This document shows positions 28,637-39,381 of a stretch of 64,000 nucleotides of DNA, in pieces (the stretch's first letter is position 1; each line of letters begins with the position of its first letter). The stretch is from Candidatus Latescibacterota bacterium (GTDB taxonomy: Bacteria > Latescibacterota > UBA2968 > UBA8231), in assembly GCA_965248265.1 (NCBI GenBank), contig CBDFJF010000001.1, positions 2,976,001 through 3,040,000 on the forward strand. Direction: 5' to 3'. A model generated the notes under the pieces. It saw nothing but the letters and a program-made list of their open reading frames with translations. It searched no databases and had not been told where the DNA came from. A program made the translations under genes and the position numbers.

Positions 28637-29317
28637 CTACCCCTCATCCTCCTTGGCCCAATGCTCTTCCTTCAGGATCGTGATCGTGCGGCCCTTGGTG
28701 ACGATGTAGCCCTGGCTTTCCAGTCGTTTCAACACCCGGGATACGGTCTCACGTGTCGTGCCGGACATGTTGGCCAGCTGTTGATGGGTTGGACGAGTCG
28801 CCAGGTGTATGCCCTCTTCGCGTTGTTCGCCCTGGTCGGTGGCCAATTGCAGCAGGGTTTCCGAAATGCGACTTGTCACATCCAGCAGAGCCAGGCCCTC
28901 GATCTTGCGATCGGTTTTGCGCAGACGCGCCGCCAGCTCGGCCAGCAACGCGATGGCGATTTTAGGCACCTTGTAGATGAGCTGAAGGAAGTCGGCTCTT
29001 CGCACCATGTAGAGCCCCGTGTTCTCCGTCGCCACGACGTTGGCCGAACGCGGTTTGCCGTCCAACAGGGACAGCTCACCGAACACAGCTCCGTTGCCGA
29101 GCAAAGACAGAATGACCTCGCGACCGTCCTCGCTGACGATACTGACTTTGACTTGCCCCGATTCGATAATGAAACAGGCATCCCCTTCTTCTTCCGCCAG
29201 AATGATGATCTGGTCCTTGTCGTAGGTGCGGCTGATGGTAACCTTGGCGATGGCCTCGAGATCTTCATCCGTCAGTCCTTCGAACAGGGGCACCTTGCGC
29301 AGGAAAGAAGTATCCAT
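28637..29317 (-). CDS. Crp/Fnr family transcriptional regulator
   Basis: FGELSLLDGKPRSA cNMP-binding pocket; HTH GTTRETVSR. Confidence 0.93.
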   Translation of the reverse strand: MDTSFLRKVPLFEGLTDEDLEAIAKVTISRTYDKDQIIILAEEEGDACFIIESGQVKVSIVSEDGREVILSLLGNGAVFGELSLLDGKPRSANVVATENTGLYMVRRADFLQLIYKVPKIAIALLAELAARLRKTDRKIEGLALLDVTSRISETLLQLATDQGEQREEGIHLATRPTHQQLANMSGTTRETVSRVLKRLESQGYIVTKGRTITILKEEHWAKEDEG

Positions 29318-29395
29318 CCGTATCCTCTCTGTCAGTGTGCGGTACGAGGTGCGACGTGGCTCATCAGGTCAATGTCGCCCGCTTCCATGGTCGTG

Positions 29396-32300
29396 TTATT
29401 CCTCAAGTCGCTCCAACTGTTTGCGTGCGTCCTTGCCAAAATCGCTGTCGCTGCCTTCACGCTGAATGATTTCGTTGTAAATATTCTTCGCCGCCGAATT
29501 CTGACCGAGCTTTTCATGACACTGAGCGCGTTCATAGTCCGCCGTCGTAATCCACCCGGAAAACGCATCAGCGCCTTCGAAACGCACCCTGTAATAGGCC
29601 TCAACCGCTTTACTGTATTCGCCCATGTTCTGGAAAGCCTTGCCAATGTGAAAGCGGGCATTGGCAGCGTCGTTGCCTTGAGCCCAGGACAATACACCCG
29701 TGAAGTGCTCTATCGCCAGAGCGTATTGGCCCTGCTCGATCAACACGTTTCCGATTTCAAGCTGCGTTTCTTTCGTTTTCGGGTGATCGGGAAACTGCTC
29801 CAGCAAGCGTGCGGCGATCTCGTGTGCGTCGGCATACTCGTAGGCCTTCAGGTAGCAGTTCAACAACATCCAGATGGCGTCCTGCTTTTTGGTCAACGGA
29901 GCAGTAGGGGTCTGCAGAACCCGGCGAAAATCCGCAGCCGCCATCAGGTAATTCTTGAAGGTGTAGTTGAAGGTCCCAACGCGAAGACGGATATCGACCG
30001 CGTGCGGGCTGTCGACGTAGTCAGCCAGGAATCGCCGCTGGGCCTCGAGCGCCAGCACCAATCCCTCCTCGCTGGGATCCTTTTTGTTTTGCCGCCACTT
30101 TGAAGTAGCCAGGTAGTAACCGGCCGCGGCCGCAGGCGCTATGGCCATGTTGGCGAGGTCTGCGTCCCGTTCAGAAAAATCGCCCAATTCAATCATTTTT
30201 TTTCGGCTCTTCTTCTCCACCTGAGAGAACAGCTTCTGTGCGCGCTCGTGCTCACCACCGCGAAGATACAGGCGCCCTTCTTCCAGCTGCACCAGGACGT
30301 TCCATACGTCGTCGTCGATTCCCTTGCTGAGCTTGCGCCCCTCTTCGAGCCGGCTCAGCCGGTACAGGGCCACGGAGGCGCGCCCGATAAGGCGGGGTGA
30401 CGCCGCCTCTTTCAGCAACTTTGTGTAAATCTCATACGCCTGGTCATACCGACCAAGCTCAAAGAGCAGGTCGGCGGATTCAACTCGGGCTTGCACCAGA
30501 AGAGCGCTGGATGCGTAATCGCGTTGCAGGTCAGAGAATGCGTCAACGGCATCTTCGAGCCGGCCCAACTCAATCAACAAGGCTCCTCGATTGAATGCCA
30601 GACTGTCTGCCCCCGGGGCATGGGGTTCCTCCCTCAACATCGAGGCATAGAGCTCCAGGGCCTCGACGGGGTAACCGGCGGCACGGTAGGCCATCGCCAG
30701 ACGTCGACGCAGGTCGAAGACATGCTCGGGTCGGGGTTGTGATTCCAGCAGCCGCTGGTACTGGCCGATGGCGGTGCGGAATTCCCCAAGCTGGAAATTG
30801 GTCGCGGCCAGTTTCTCGCGCACCATTCGACGACGCGGATAGGCAGGGTAAGCCGCTAGCAGCTCACGAAAGCGAGAGACCGCGTGGCGGGGCTGATCCG
30901 CGGCGACCAGGGCATAGCCCAATTCGACAAGAATCTCGGGTACCAGGGCGCGGCCGGCGTGTTGGTTGAGCAGTGCCTGCAACGAGTCGACGACGCCTTC
31001 GCGGCCCAGGCCGGCAAAACACAGGGCCCGGCCAAAGCGGGCACGGACGGCCAGCTCAGGCTCTGGCGCCAGGTCCAAAAGCTGCTCGTATGCACTGAGT
31101 GCTGGCGCCAGTATCGCCACGTCGTCGGCGGCAAGTTGGCGCCTGGTATCACCCAACAACAACAGGGCCTGAACACGGGTCTCGGCAGCAACGGCATCGG
31201 CGGCGATTTGAGCGCTCAGGGAATCGCTCAAGAAGGAACTCAAACCACCCTCCAATACCCGCAGGCGAGTGGAGTCTGGCGCTCCTAAGGCCTCTACCTC
31301 AACCAGGCGAAGTTGCGCGCGCCGAGAAAACGGAGAGCCCTTCGTGGCCAGAATCCGGTGTTCTTCGAGGCCGAGCAATCTCAGGGAGTCTGCCTGGGCC
31401 TTCTCGCCTTCGATTTCCCGTTTCCGGCTCAGTCTCAACAGGCATTCGGCAAGCACGTATTGCGCTTGCGCGGCATCAGGGTCATCAGGATAGGATGCCA
31501 CGTAGGTCTCAAACGTGCGCACGGCATTGCCATAATCCTGATGTTGCCGCAGGGTGAGGGCGAGGTCGAACATCAGCGCCCGACGCGAACGTCCGTTGAT
31601 ATCATCTATCGTGATTTGGCGCAATGCACCGTCCAACCCGTCCTGATCCCGGATCGTGAATTCGCTCAGTAGTTCGATTCGTTCGCGCACCCGGCGAGCG
31701 TGGTTGTGGTCGGGGAAGCGCTCAAGGAAGACACGGTATTCGTGCAACGCCCGCCCGGTTTCACCGGCGGTCTCGAAGGCTGCAGCAAGGCTGCGCTGCA
31801 CCTCGGGTTGCAGCAGCGCTGACGCATTCTGCAGGCTCTCGAAGAGCTCGATCGCCCTGGCACTTTGCCCGGCTGAGTCGTACAGCTTGGCCATCTGCAG
31901 ACGGACCCACTCCTGCTGATGCTGTGACTCTGCGAACGTGGGACCTTGTCTGTCAGCTTCAGATAAGTACTCATCGTACCATACGGATGAGCGGGTGTAA
32001 TCACCCTGCTGACGGTACAGCGCAGCCAGTTCGCGCACAGCCATCGCCCAAATCAGGCGGGAGGTTGGAGAGGATGTTGCAGCCGTCGCATTGCCGTTGC
32101 TCTGAATCAGATTGAGGAACATCGGCACGGCCTCGCGAGCACGGCCCATTCGGCTATTGGTCGTGGCCAGGCCCAGTTTGGCCAGCCCCAACGTCGCGGC
32201 AGCAACTTCAGGTCGCGATATCACCTCGCCATACATCTCAACAGCGCGGTCGAATTCCCCAGACTCGCGAAGGGCGTCAGCCAGACCCAACTGAACGTGA

Positions 32301-33199
32301 TTCATCCAACCCGGAGTGCGCGATTTCCTGCCAAACGCTTTCTCATAGGCGACGACGGCCTCGCCGTAACGCGCCTGTGCGAAATGGAACCTGGCGAAGT
32401 CTACGAGGGCGCTGTCGGCGTGGGCGGAGGCGGTAAAACTCTTGAGCAGACGCGCCATGGCATGATCGGCCTCGGTGCTGCGGTTGAGAATCAGCAGAAT
32501 CCGTTCGGATAACAGCAGTGCATCCCGCGCCTGAGAGCTCTTCGGTGAGGCGGCGGCTATTTGCTCGAGCAGGGCCAGCGCCGCGCTCCAATCTCCTTGC
32601 GCAAAGCGGAGTTGAGCCAGATGGTATCGGGCATTGTGGGCGGCTTCGAGGGTCGAATACTCACCGATCACGCGGTCGTACACGCGTGCGGCGCTACCAA
32701 AGTCGTCCGCGCGGCGGTAGTTGGAGGCGGCCTTGAGCAAGACGCCCGGCGCGAAGGTGCTGGCGCTGAACAGCGTCTGAACCTCCTCCAGCGCCACTGC
32801 GGCCTGTCGAAACTGGCCAAGTTGAGAAAGGCAGTCGGCACGCTCTCGTCGTGCCTCGGAGACACTCAGGTGTTCCGGGTGATGTTCAAAGAAGGCGGCA
32901 TAGGCCCTGACCGCCTCCTCGCATCGGGCAGGGTCGCTGCGTGAATAGGAACGGGCCAACATCAACCGGGCCTCAGGTAAATTGGCGTCGGTCGGGTAGT
33001 CCAGGATGAACTCGGCGAACTTTCTGGCCGCGGTATCCCAGTCACCGGCGTCGCGAAACAGGTTGCGGGCAAAGGCGAAATCGTCATCTGCGGCCTCATC
33101 GCCGGCGACAGCCGCCGGGACACACAGGATGACGAAGACGACAAGGCAAACGGTCCGGTTCCCGGGTCCTTTTCCTTTGGGTTGTTCCAAAATCGACAC
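29396..33199 (-). CDS. Large exported tetratricopeptide-repeat protein (1267 aa)
   Basis: Signal peptide followed by many CpoB/BamD-style TPR units (e.g. FILDYPT, FLERFPD, LLEQFPD). Confidence 0.85.
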   Translation of the reverse strand: MSILEQPKGKGPGNRTVCLVVFVILCVPAAVAGDEAADDDFAFARNLFRDAGDWDTAARKFAEFILDYPTDANLPEARLMLARSYSRSDPARCEEAVRAYAAFFEHHPEHLSVSEARRERADCLSQLGQFRQAAVALEEVQTLFSASTFAPGVLLKAASNYRRADDFGSAARVYDRVIGEYSTLEAAHNARYHLAQLRFAQGDWSAALALLEQIAAASPKSSQARDALLLSERILLILNRSTEADHAMARLLKSFTASAHADSALVDFARFHFAQARYGEAVVAYEKAFGRKSRTPGWMNHVQLGLADALRESGEFDRAVEMYGEVISRPEVAAATLGLAKLGLATTNSRMGRAREAVPMFLNLIQSNGNATAATSSPTSRLIWAMAVRELAALYRQQGDYTRSSVWYDEYLSEADRQGPTFAESQHQQEWVRLQMAKLYDSAGQSARAIELFESLQNASALLQPEVQRSLAAAFETAGETGRALHEYRVFLERFPDHNHARRVRERIELLSEFTIRDQDGLDGALRQITIDDINGRSRRALMFDLALTLRQHQDYGNAVRTFETYVASYPDDPDAAQAQYVLAECLLRLSRKREIEGEKAQADSLRLLGLEEHRILATKGSPFSRRAQLRLVEVEALGAPDSTRLRVLEGGLSSFLSDSLSAQIAADAVAAETRVQALLLLGDTRRQLAADDVAILAPALSAYEQLLDLAPEPELAVRARFGRALCFAGLGREGVVDSLQALLNQHAGRALVPEILVELGYALVAADQPRHAVSRFRELLAAYPAYPRRRMVREKLAATNFQLGEFRTAIGQYQRLLESQPRPEHVFDLRRRLAMAYRAAGYPVEALELYASMLREEPHAPGADSLAFNRGALLIELGRLEDAVDAFSDLQRDYASSALLVQARVESADLLFELGRYDQAYEIYTKLLKEAASPRLIGRASVALYRLSRLEEGRKLSKGIDDDVWNVLVQLEEGRLYLRGGEHERAQKLFSQVEKKSRKKMIELGDFSERDADLANMAIAPAAAAGYYLATSKWRQNKKDPSEEGLVLALEAQRRFLADYVDSPHAVDIRLRVGTFNYTFKNYLMAAADFRRVLQTPTAPLTKKQDAIWMLLNCYLKAYEYADAHEIAARLLEQFPDHPKTKETQLEIGNVLIEQGQYALAIEHFTGVLSWAQGNDAANARFHIGKAFQNMGEYSKAVEAYYRVRFEGADAFSGWITTADYERAQCHEKLGQNSAAKNIYNEIIQREGSDSDFGKDARKQLERLEE

Positions 33200-33304
33200 G
33201 TTGTGTTTTCGTTCGACAACAGCACTGACATGGATCGCAAATACGCGGCTATATACCTGATATCATTATAAGTTATAGGCAACGGCACTAACGGGGTCAA
33301 GAGC

Positions 33305-34210
33305 ATGGAAAGGGAGTCGGAAAGCACCTATGGAGCGTCGCTGCATGTCGAATTGGCACACGCGAAGCTCAACCTGGGCCTGAGGGTTCTGGGGAAAAGG
33401 CAGGACGGCTATCACGACATACTCAGTGTCTTCCAGACCGTTAGTCTGGCGGACAGGCTCTCGTTTCATGAGTCCGCACATGCCGGATTCAGCTGCACCG
33501 ACGACTCGTTGTCGACCACGGCCGACAATCTTGTCGTCAAAGCGCTCGATCTGTTCTCGAGCGAGGTGGCCGAAACAACGGCAATCCCGATCCTACACCT
33601 GCATCTGGAGAAGACGATTCCGGTTGGCGCCGGGTTGGGCGGTGGCAGCGCAGACGCGGCGGCCACGCTCCGGGGACTCAACAAGCTTTGCGGATTCCCC
33701 CTGGATGAGCAGACGTTGCTACGTCTGGCGGCTGACATCGGCTCGGATGTGCCGTTCTGTCTGCGCGGGGGAACAGCCCTCGTCAGCGGTCGTGGAGAGA
33801 CTGTCGAAAAGCTGGAATGGCCACCCGTACGGTGGTATTTCGTAGTCGTCTTCCCAGGGGTCTTCGTGAGCACGAAATGGGCCTACGACAGCCTGGGTGA
33901 CAAGTTGACGACCTCCTCTCCTTACATTAGTTTTATCAGCTCTTTGCGCGGCGGGCGCGTTGACTTGACGGGGCTGCTGGAGGTGATCGAAAACGACTTC
34001 CAGACCGTCGTTGAACGAGCCAATCCCATCGTCGCTGAACTCGTGTCAGGGTTCGACCGCAGAGGAGCGCTGTGCAGCTCCATGACCGGTACGGGCTCTA
34101 CCGTGTACGGCATTTTCGACGACCGGATCGCCGCTTTGGCTGTTTGTGATGAGCTCGAGGCGGAGGGTCACCGGTCGTTTTTTTGTGAGCCCGTGTCGTC
34201 GACCGAATAA
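33305..34210 (+). CDS. ispE: 4-diphosphocytidyl-2-C-methyl-D-erythritol kinase
   Basis: AKLNLGL, DGYHDI, IPVGAGLGGGSADAA and GSDVPF motifs. Confidence 0.95.
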   Translation: MERESESTYGASLHVELAHAKLNLGLRVLGKRQDGYHDILSVFQTVSLADRLSFHESAHAGFSCTDDSLSTTADNLVVKALDLFSSEVAETTAIPILHLHLEKTIPVGAGLGGGSADAAATLRGLNKLCGFPLDEQTLLRLAADIGSDVPFCLRGGTALVSGRGETVEKLEWPPVRWYFVVVFPGVFVSTKWAYDSLGDKLTTSSPYISFISSLRGGRVDLTGLLEVIENDFQTVVERANPIVAELVSGFDRRGALCSSMTGTGSTVYGIFDDRIAALAVCDELEAEGHRSFFCEPVSSTE

Positions 34211-34249
34211 AGGCGGCTTGGAATACTGCGGGCCGCATCCAGGTTCGGT

Positions 34250-34324
34250 TGCCCGGTCGTTCAAGTGGTAGGACAACGGATTTTGGTTCCGTCTATCGAG
34301 GTTCGAGTCCTCGCCGGGCAGCCA
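34250..34324 (+). tRNA. tRNA-Gln(TTG)
   Basis: TGCCCGG/CCGGGCA acceptor stem, ACGGA-TTTTGGT-TCCGT anticodon arm, GGTTCGAGTCC T arm, encoded CCA. Confidence 0.96.
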
Positions 34325-34381
34325 TTTGAAAATTTCAATTTTGAAGCGTCAACTACATCAGGCAGAAAGAGGTCAGTCATC

Positions 34382-35131
34382 ATGCCGGCAGTGCAGATGA
34401 AGGTGTATCAGCGCGAGGAAATCGAGCTGCAGGTTTCCGAACGGTCAGAGAAGGGCAAGGGAGATGTTGGCCGCTTGCGGCGGGATCAATCCATGCTTCC
34501 AGGCATCGTCTACGGCCACAATCAGGAACCGGTCTGCTTCAAGGTTCCGCAGCGCACCCTTGAGCGCGCCTTGAGTCACGGGGGGGCCGACGCGGTCTTC
34601 CTGCTGAGTATGGAAGGTAGTGGAAAGGACACAGAAAGGACCGTCGTCCGCGAGATCCAGTACCACAAGGTGATGGACGAGATCGTCCATGTGGATATGT
34701 TGCGCATCGATCCCACCGAGACCCTGCGTGTCGAAGTGCCGATCGTTACGGAGGGGATTCCGGCCGGCGTGACCACGGGTGGCGGCGCCCTGCAGCAGAC
34801 GTTGGCCCGCATTGAGATGATCTGTTTGGCCTCGGAATTGCCGTCGAGGATAGAAGTGGATGTCACCGATCTGGAAATCGGTGACAGCATCCATGTGGCG
34901 GAGCTGCTGGAACAGGATGAGCGCATCAACACGGATCCGAGCGTGACGATCGTCTCCGTCCTGTCACCGCGCTTGACCATAGATGACGAGCTCGAGTTGG
35001 CAGCTGAAGCGGAAGAAGTGGAAGAAGGGGAAGAAGGCGAGGAAGTGGAAGAAGGGGCGGAGGGGGATGCCGAGGGCGCGGCCGAGGGCACGCCCGCCGA
35101 AGGCGAGCAGGGCGGAGAAGACGGCAGCTGA
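34382..35131 (+). CDS. rplY: 50S ribosomal protein L25 (Ctc form, acidic tail)
   Basis: PGIVYG, REIQYH..IVHVDM, GGGALQQ and LEIGDSIHV motifs. Confidence 0.92.
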   Translation: MPAVQMKVYQREEIELQVSERSEKGKGDVGRLRRDQSMLPGIVYGHNQEPVCFKVPQRTLERALSHGGADAVFLLSMEGSGKDTERTVVREIQYHKVMDEIVHVDMLRIDPTETLRVEVPIVTEGIPAGVTTGGGALQQTLARIEMICLASELPSRIEVDVTDLEIGDSIHVAELLEQDERINTDPSVTIVSVLSPRLTIDDELELAAEAEEVEEGEEGEEVEEGAEGDAEGAAEGTPAEGEQGGEDGS

Positions 35132-35150
35132 GCGGGGTGAACCGAACTCC

Positions 35151-35732
35151 GTGTGTGTGTCGATCGTCGTTGGTCTGGGCAATCCGGGTGATCACTACGC
35201 CCTCACGCGGCACAACATCGGATTCATGGCCCTGGACCGGTTGGCACAGCGCCGTGACCGTCCGTGGTCGCCATACGGCCCTTCCGAGATGACCAGTTTG
35301 GTCGCTTCGGCCGATATTGACGGCAAGCCGGTCCTGCTGGTGAAGCCGTATACCTTCATGAATGCCAGCGGCAAGGCGGTGACGGCTCTGTGCGCCAAAC
35401 AGGAGTTCGAGCCTTCGAACCTGCTCGTCGTGTTCGATGATTTTCACCTCGCGTTCGGCCGGCTACGTCTGCGCAGGAGTGGCACCGACGGCGGCCACAA
35501 CGGCCTGGCTTCCGTCATCGAGGAAGTTGGCAGTGACGACATTCCTCGCCTGCGCATGGGCATCGGACCTCTACCCGATGACGGCGAGGAAATCGATTAC
35601 GTGCTCTCGGAGTTTGGGCGCGACGAGAACGTGGAGGAGCTCGTTGACCGGGGATGTTCGGCTGTCGAGCACTGCATCGCCGACGGGATTTACGCAACGA
35701 TGAATCAATTCAACGGGTGTGCACCCCTGTGA
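35151..35732 (+). CDS. pth: Peptidyl-tRNA hydrolase
   Basis: [24 protein letters not shown] and GGHNGL motifs. Confidence 0.95.
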   Translation: MCVSIVVGLGNPGDHYALTRHNIGFMALDRLAQRRDRPWSPYGPSEMTSLVASADIDGKPVLLVKPYTFMNASGKAVTALCAKQEFEPSNLLVVFDDFHLAFGRLRLRRSGTDGGHNGLASVIEEVGSDDIPRLRMGIGPLPDDGEEIDYVLSEFGRDENVEELVDRGCSAVEHCIADGIYATMNQFNGCAPL

Positions 35733-35778
35733 GCAGACAACGCACCCGTTCACTCAAGGCAGGAGATCAAAGTTCATA

Positions 35779-37836
35779 ATGGAGACGTGGACGACCAGTG
35801 CACCGTACTTGGGCATAGTCGGGCTCGTGATGGCCCTCTTGACCTATATCTACATCAAGAAGCAGGATGCTGGCACACCACAGATGACGGCTATTTCAGA
35901 CGCCATCCACGAGGGTGCCATGACGTTTTTGCGGCGGGAGTATTCCATTCTCCTGATTTTCGTCATCGTCGTATTCGCCCTCCTCTACATGGGAGTCGGT
36001 GACCGAACCGCGTGGGCTTTTCTGGCAGGTGCGGCCTGTTCGATCGTGGCCGGTTTCTCGGGAATGAAGGCCGCTACGCGTGCGAACGTGCGCACGACCC
36101 AGGCGGCGAACACTAAGGGCCAGGGCGCGGCTCTGGGCGTTTCGTTTGCCGGAGGAGCCGTGATGGGCCTGGCCGTGGCCAGCCTCGGCCTCGTCGGCAT
36201 CGGCTTTCTGTGCCAGCTGTTCGGCGTATGGGAGAACCATGCAAACGCCACGGTCGTCAACGGCTTCGCGATGGGAGCGTCTTCGATCGCCCTCTTCGCC
36301 CGTGTCGGTGGAGGCATTTTTACCAAGTCCGCCGATGTCGGCGCCGACCTGGTCGGCAAGGTCGAACAGGGCATTCCGGAGGATGACCCGCGCAATCCCG
36401 CGACCATAGCGGACAACGTCGGCGACAACGTCGGCGATGTCGCTGGCATGGGTGCCGACATCTTCGAATCCTACGTCGGCTCGGTGATCGCCACCATCGC
36501 CATCGCCGCCACCGCCTCGATGGCCCTGCTCAACAAGCTTGCTCCCGGCATGGAAGACACCCAAGCCCGGGCTGCGGCGATGAGTTTTCCGCTGCTCGTG
36601 ATCATGATCGGTATGGTAGCATCCATAGTCGGGATCGCCGCAGTGAAAATTCTGCAGAACATGAATCCAGCGGCCGCGTTGCGGTACTCCTCATGGCTGG
36701 CGGCCATCCTGATGATGGTTGGCGCCTACTGGGTCTGTGGCGAGCTCGGCCTTTCATACGGAACCTTCTGGGCGGTCTTCTACGGCAGTGCCGTCGGCAT
36801 CGCAATCGGTCTGCTGACCGAGTACTACACCGGAGGCAAGCCGATTCGGAGCATCGCCGAGGCCTCCAAAACGGGAGCGGCAACCAACATCATTACAGGG
36901 TTCGCCGTCGGTATGGAAAGCGTCGCGCTGCCGACGATCGCCATCGTCATAGCCATCGGCCTGGGTTTTCACTTCGCCGGACTCTACGGTATCGGCATCG
37001 CCGCCGTGGGCATGCTGTCGACGGTCGGAATCACCATGTCCGTTGATGCTTACGGACCGATCGCCGACAACGCCGGCGGTATCAGTGAGCAAGCGCAATT
37101 GGGAGAGGAGACTCGCAAGATCACCGATAGTCTGGATTCGCTGGGCAATACCACGGCTGCGATGGGTAAAGGCTTCGCCATCGGCTCAGCAGCACTAACC
37201 GCTCTGGCGCTGTTTTCCGCCTACACCTCCGCGGTGCGTGCCGCCAGCGGCGCGGAAGTCGTCGTCGACGTCACCACGCCAGGTGTTGTCATCGGCCTCT
37301 TCATCGGCGCCATGATTCCGTACCTGGGTGCGGCTTTCACGGTCACGTCGGTTGGCAAGGCGGCGTTCCAGATGGTCGAAGAAGTGCGGCGCCAGTTCCG
37401 GGAGATTCCAGGCCTGATGGAAGGCACGGGAGAGCCCGACACCAAGCGGTGTGTGGAGATCAGTACCAACGCAGCTCTGAAAGAGATGATCCTGCCGGGA
37501 CTGACGGCCGTGCTGGCCCCGGTCATCGTCGGTTTTCTGCTGGGGCCCGTGGCTCTGGGTGGCATGCTCGCGGGGGCTACCGTCAGCGGGGTTCTGGTCG
37601 CGTTGATGATGGCCAACAGCGGTGGCGCCTGGGACAATGCCAAGAAGTGGATCGAAGAAGGCAATCTGGGAGGCAAGGGCTCGGAACCGCACAAGGCCGC
37701 CGTTGTCGGTGACACGGTTGGCGATCCTTTCAAGGACACGTCGGGTCCTTCCATGAACATCCTCATCAAACTGATGTCGGTGGTTTCACTGGTCCTGGCA
37801 CCTCTGTTCGTCCAGTACGGGCTCAAGCTGTTTTAA
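35779..37836 (+). CDS. hppA: Membrane pyrophosphatase, K+-dependent, probably Na+-translocating
   Basis: [30 protein letters not shown] and [10 protein letters not shown] motifs. Confidence 0.93.
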   Translation: METWTTSAPYLGIVGLVMALLTYIYIKKQDAGTPQMTAISDAIHEGAMTFLRREYSILLIFVIVVFALLYMGVGDRTAWAFLAGAACSIVAGFSGMKAATRANVRTTQAANTKGQGAALGVSFAGGAVMGLAVASLGLVGIGFLCQLFGVWENHANATVVNGFAMGASSIALFARVGGGIFTKSADVGADLVGKVEQGIPEDDPRNPATIADNVGDNVGDVAGMGADIFESYVGSVIATIAIAATASMALLNKLAPGMEDTQARAAAMSFPLLVIMIGMVASIVGIAAVKILQNMNPAAALRYSSWLAAILMMVGAYWVCGELGLSYGTFWAVFYGSAVGIAIGLLTEYYTGGKPIRSIAEASKTGAATNIITGFAVGMESVALPTIAIVIAIGLGFHFAGLYGIGIAAVGMLSTVGITMSVDAYGPIADNAGGISEQAQLGEETRKITDSLDSLGNTTAAMGKGFAIGSAALTALALFSAYTSAVRAASGAEVVVDVTTPGVVIGLFIGAMIPYLGAAFTVTSVGKAAFQMVEEVRRQFREIPGLMEGTGEPDTKRCVEISTNAALKEMILPGLTAVLAPVIVGFLLGPVALGGMLAGATVSGVLVALMMANSGGAWDNAKKWIEEGNLGGKGSEPHKAAVVGDTVGDPFKDTSGPSMNILIKLMSVVSLVLAPLFVQYGLKLF

Positions 37837-37854
37837 AACACCATACGAGAGAGA

Positions 37855-38457
37855 ATGATGGATAAGAAATACGAACTCGTCTGCATCATCGACCCTCAAG
37901 TCGGCGACGGAGGCTTCGACCCGATCATCGAGAAGTATCAAGGCCAGCTCGAGGGACAGGGCGGACAGATGGTCAACCTAGACAAGTGGGGATTGCGCAA
38001 GCTGGCTTTCACCTCGGTCAGCATGAAGCGACGCCAGCAGGGCTACTATGTCTGCTACCAGTTCACGGCGCCTCCGGGTGACTTCGAAGCTGTCCAGCAC
38101 GAACTCAAGCTGGACGAAGACATCCTCAGGTACCTACTTGTCGCCGTACCTGGAGAGTTTACGAGGGTGCCGGTGTTGGCGCCCGACACGGTATACGTCA
38201 GGGAGCGCGAGGAGCGATTCTCACGCGGCCGGGGTGGACCGGGTGCCCGGCGACCTGATCGGCCGGAGAGACCGCCTCGACCAGTTGATGGTGAGGCGGC
38301 TGAGGGTGAAGGAAAAGCTGGCGCAGGAGCGGCTGAGGCTGGGACCGGGGCTGACGGGACAGGTTCCGCTGCCGAGCCGGTGGAGGTGACCGCAGAGGCT
38401 ACAACGACAGAAAGCGAAGCGGCTGACGAGAAGGCCAGCGAACAAGAAGAGAGTTGA
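37855..38457 (+). CDS. rpsF: 30S ribosomal protein S6 with a long C-terminal tail
   Basis: YELVCIIDP, WGLRKLAF, GYY and EDILRYL motifs. Confidence 0.9.
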   Translation: MMDKKYELVCIIDPQVGDGGFDPIIEKYQGQLEGQGGQMVNLDKWGLRKLAFTSVSMKRRQQGYYVCYQFTAPPGDFEAVQHELKLDEDILRYLLVAVPGEFTRVPVLAPDTVYVREREERFSRGRGGPGARRPDRPERPPRPVDGEAAEGEGKAGAGAAEAGTGADGTGSAAEPVEVTAEATTTESEAADEKASEQEES

Positions 38458-38520
38458 CATCGAAGTTTACGATTGGACTGAATCATCGATCGTGGATTTC
38501 TCCGCTCGCGAGGCGCAACG

Positions 38521-39381
38521 ATGCCGACGATAGTGAGCCTGCTGTTAGTGACGGCGACATTGCTGGCATGCCGACGGTACGGTGTGCGCAGCATCCTACC
38601 GTTCGCCGTGATCCCGGCGCTCGTCTACGTCAGCGGGATCTACGCGGGGCCGATTCTCAAACTATTGGTCGCGGCTCCCTTCATCGGTCTGCTCGCCGGA
38701 TACCAAATCGACCGCGGGAAGCCCTACGGGCAGGTAATCGCCGCGGCTGCCTTGCCGGGGTTGGCCATGGCGATCCCTTTTCTGGTGGATCTAGTGCTGG
38801 GCACAGGACAAGATCCGGAATCCGTGGATCAGGTCGCGTCCCAGCTGGAAGCGGCAGGTCTGGACATGATGGGGGAAGAATACGGGCCGGAGGCGGAGAA
38901 GCTGACGGTTCAGATTCTGCACCTCCAGCATCGTCTGCAGCCCGCCGTTCTCGTTGTTTCTGCGTTGTTGACTGCCGTTTTGGGATATCGGCTGGCGTGG
39001 TCCGTGGCGCCAAAGCTCAACGTAGGATTGCCGCAAGCGCCGTTCATTCACCTGTGGCGGCTATGGGACTCGCTGATTTGGGTACTGGTCGGGGCCACGG
39101 CAGCGGCCCTGTTGGGAACGGCTGCCATTCGCGATCTGGCCTTCAACACCATGTTCGTGATCGTGCTGTTGTATGGAGTGCAGGGATTTGCCCTGGCCAG
39201 GCACTTCGCCAAGCGAATGTCCGTGCCTGTGTACCTGGAGTTGCTATTCTACGGTTCGCTGATGCTGAGCCCCGGGTTCGGAGTCCTCGTCCTGGTCGGG
39301 GCCGGCCTCTTGGAGACCTGGTTCGACTGGCGACGACTATCGCATCGCCACGAGCCCGTTGAGGAGGAGAGCCAACATTGA
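38521..39381 (+). CDS. DUF2232/YybS-family membrane protein
   Basis: Multi-TM; QGFAL and GLLETWFDWR motifs; usual position just before rplI. Confidence 0.8.
   Translation: MPTIVSLLLVTATLLACRRYGVRSILPFAVIPALVYVSGIYAGPILKLLVAAPFIGLLAGYQIDRGKPYGQVIAAAALPGLAMAIPFLVDLVLGTGQDPESVDQVASQLEAAGLDMMGEEYGPEAEKLTVQILHLQHRLQPAVLVVSALLTAVLGYRLAWSVAPKLNVGLPQAPFIHLWRLWDSLIWVLVGATAAALLGTAAIRDLAFNTMFVIVLLYGVQGFALARHFAKRMSVPVYLELLFYGSLMLSPGFGVLVLVGAGLLETWFDWRRLSHRHEPVEEESQH

Noticed and set aside
28661-30103. 480-aa plus-strand ORF
   Set aside because: Antisense shadow of the Crp and TPR genes; expected in GC-rich DNA and has no motifs.
34980-35131. GAA/GAG-rich quasi-repeats
   Set aside because: They encode the ordinary acidic tail of L25/Ctc, not a DNA repeat or CRISPR array.
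38454-39362. 302-aa Arg/Gly-rich ORF overlapping DUF2232, considered as a hidden rpsR
   Set aside because: Alternative frame of the DUF2232 gene; no S18 motifs.
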